From: Candidatus Marinacidobacterales bacterium
GTDB taxonomy: Bacteria; Acidobacteriota; Vicinamibacteria; Marinacidobacterales; SMYC01
Direction: 5' to 3'
Assembly (NCBI GenBank): GCA_965237955.1
Contig: OZ250169.1
Location: forward strand, 2,592,001-2,656,000
Length of the DNA stretch: 64,000 nt
Shown piece after piece: positions 62,189 through 64,000 of the stretch (position 1 is the first letter of the stretch; each line of letters starts with the position of its first letter). The translations under genes and the position numbers were made by a program. Below the pieces are notes generated by a model. The model saw only the letters and a list, made by a program, of their open reading frames with translations. It was not told the origin of the DNA and did no database searches.

Positions 62189-62473
62189 ATGCCCTCCAAC
62201 ACAAATCAGATCCCCCGAAACGACAGGAGAACCATTAGGGTTACGCCTGCGATGCTGCGCGGGTTCAACTAAGGGCCGCCGACAAAATAACTGTCTAGTT
62301 TTGAGCACACTCTTCCTGTTTCAGGTCGTGATCGCGATGTCGTCTGGCATCACGAGAGCCTGGCAAGCTCCCTAGAAACGGAACATTTGTAGATCTTCAG
62401 CAACCAGCGCGTGTTTGACAAACGGTCCTCATTTTAGGGAGGATTACGCCTATCAAGGAGCACTTCTCCTGTT

Positions 62474-64000
62474 ATGAGACCTACGAGCTATCAGTCTGAA
62501 GATCTCGACCGCCTGTTGAGGAAGCACAAAATAGCTACCCTCGATGATTTGAAGGCAGTGTTGGGTACCGATGTGGACTCGACCGTCTTCCGAAAGCTCA
62601 ATGAGTTGGCGTATCGGACAAGCTACTCCCACCGTGGTAGCTACTACACGTTGGACGAGATCGCCCAGTTCGATCGAAAAGGTCTTTGGTCGTTGCGCTC
62701 AGTGTGGTTCTCGAAGTACGGGACGTTGCTTGCGACGGTAAAAGCGTTGGTCGCGGCCTGTGAGGCAGGCTACTACGTCGACGAGCTCGAGGACGAGGTG
62801 CAGGTTGACGTCAAGGCTCCTCTGTTGAAACTGGTCCGAGAGAAAAGATTGGCGCGCGAGCAGGTGTTCGGCCGATATCTGTATCTGGCCACCGATGTGA
62901 GCACGCGCAAGCAACAGCTCTCGGCCCGCCAGGTACATGAGGCGTCACCTTCCACGTTGGGCTGGGTCGGGGGAGTCCGCGTGCTCCCCGTGGAGTTGAA
63001 GGCTGCGATCGTTCTTTTCTACAGCCTGCTCGATGAAAAGCAGCGCCGTCTCTACGCGGGGGTCGAGGCCATGAAGCTCGGTCACGGTGGCGACCAACAG
63101 ATTGCCGAACTGCTCGGGATGGATCCGAGCACGGTAGCCAGAGGTCGTAGGGAATTGCTAATGAGAGATGTTGAGCTCGACGGAGTTCGGCGAAAGGGTG
63201 GCGGACGGCGCGCCGTGCAAAAAAAACGCCAGAAGTCATCGCCAAGATCGAAGAACTCATGAAGCACGACACCGCGGGCGATCCGATGACGGGAGTGAAA
63301 TGGACGCGGCGGACCACCGACAAGATTGCTTGCGAGCTAAGAAGCCTCGGTGTGAACGTCAGCAGCAAAACCGTCGGTCGACTGCTCAAACAGCTCGGCT
63401 TCTCGTTGCGGGTGAACCACAAGAAGCTGTGCGGTGCCACGTCCGAAGATCGCGATACCCAATTCGCGTGTATCGCCGAACTGCGCGAGCGTTTTGCCGC
63501 AGCTGGTCATCCCATCATCAGCGTAGACACGAAGAAACGGGAGCTGGTGGGATTATTCAAAAACGGCGGGCAGGCCTGGAACCGCGAGCCGACTCTCGTC
63601 AAAGACCATGACTTCCGTTCCGAATCGAACGGCATCGCAATCCCCTACGGCGTCTACGATCTGCTCGCGAACCGCGGGACAGTGTTCATTGGTACCTCGT
63701 ACAACACCCCGGACTTCGCCGTGAATGCCATCGAGAAGTGGTGGCGAACGGAAGGACGGCGACGCTATCCTGCAGCCCGTGACCTCGCGATATTGGCAGA
63801 CGCCGGGGGCAGCAATGGCTATCGGTGTCGGGGTTGGAAGCACGGGCTTCAAACGCGGATTTGCAATCGCCACGACATCGCTATCACCATAGCCCACTAT
63901 CCGTCCGGTACATCCAAGTGGAATCCAGTGGAGCACCGTCTGTTCAGCGAGATCAGCAAGAACTGGGCGGGCAGGCCTCTCGACAGCTACGAAACCATCC
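62474..64000 (+). CDS. ISAzo13-family transposase, -1 frameshift at A8 63219-63226, runs off the window
   Basis: LDEKQRRLYAG, GGGR in ORF1; -1 frame gives TAGDPM..KWT, ISVDTKKRELVG, ADAGGSNG, HYPSGTSKWNPVEHRLFS. Confidence 0.93.

Larger units (their letters stand above)
60518..62233 (-). mobile_element. ISL3-family insertion sequence (1716 bp)
   Basis: IRs GGTTCTCCTGTCGTTTCGGGGG / GCCTCTCCTGCCATTTCAGTGG (16/22); transposase stop inside the IR; no perfect target duplication. Confidence 0.85.

Noticed and set aside
62345-62360. Second sigma54-like GG-N10-GC box
   Set aside because: The -12 half (GAGC) is poor and no clear target gene follows
62360-62473. Left end of the ISAzo13 element
   Set aside because: The right end is outside the window, so IRs and duplication cannot be verified
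63219-63227. Frameshift in the ISAzo13 transposase as damage
   Set aside because: Clean -1 shift at an A-rich slippery run, consistent with programmed frameshifting in IS transposases

Overview
GC-rich bacterial chromosomal window, probably Acidobacteriota (inferred from an Oar-like TonB-dependent receptor fragment, a VWA-protein N-terminus and a DUF4388 protein). Housekeeping content: a complete trpEGDCFBA-aroF operon, hutU-hutI, an ECF sigma/anti-sigma pair, an ACP-FAAL-acyltransferase fusion, wzm-wzt-rfaE2-mfd-two PPIases-S4-dusB, moaA, trxA and an ArsR/CDF metal-efflux pair. The region is heavily reworked by mobile DNA: an IS3 splits a Ser/Thr kinase gene, there are two inverted IS630 copies, an ISL3 with a long structured 5' region, and a partial ISAzo13-family transposase. 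A 380-bp non-autonomous element (24-bp IRs, 8-bp target duplication) interrupts a dienelactone hydrolase gene and itself carries one IS630 inside its left IR. There are several truncated gene remnants and single-base frameshifts, some of which may be sequencing errors. The most intriguing unannotated signal is an 18-aa ORF (MKIQSKIKAGCPYIKTEP) with a strong RBS, a sigma54-type promoter and a candidate enhancer. Three families of short-period intergenic repeats (8-, 7- and 6-nt units) recur. No rRNA, tRNA or CRISPR array was seen. All calls come from reading motifs by eye; no database search was run.
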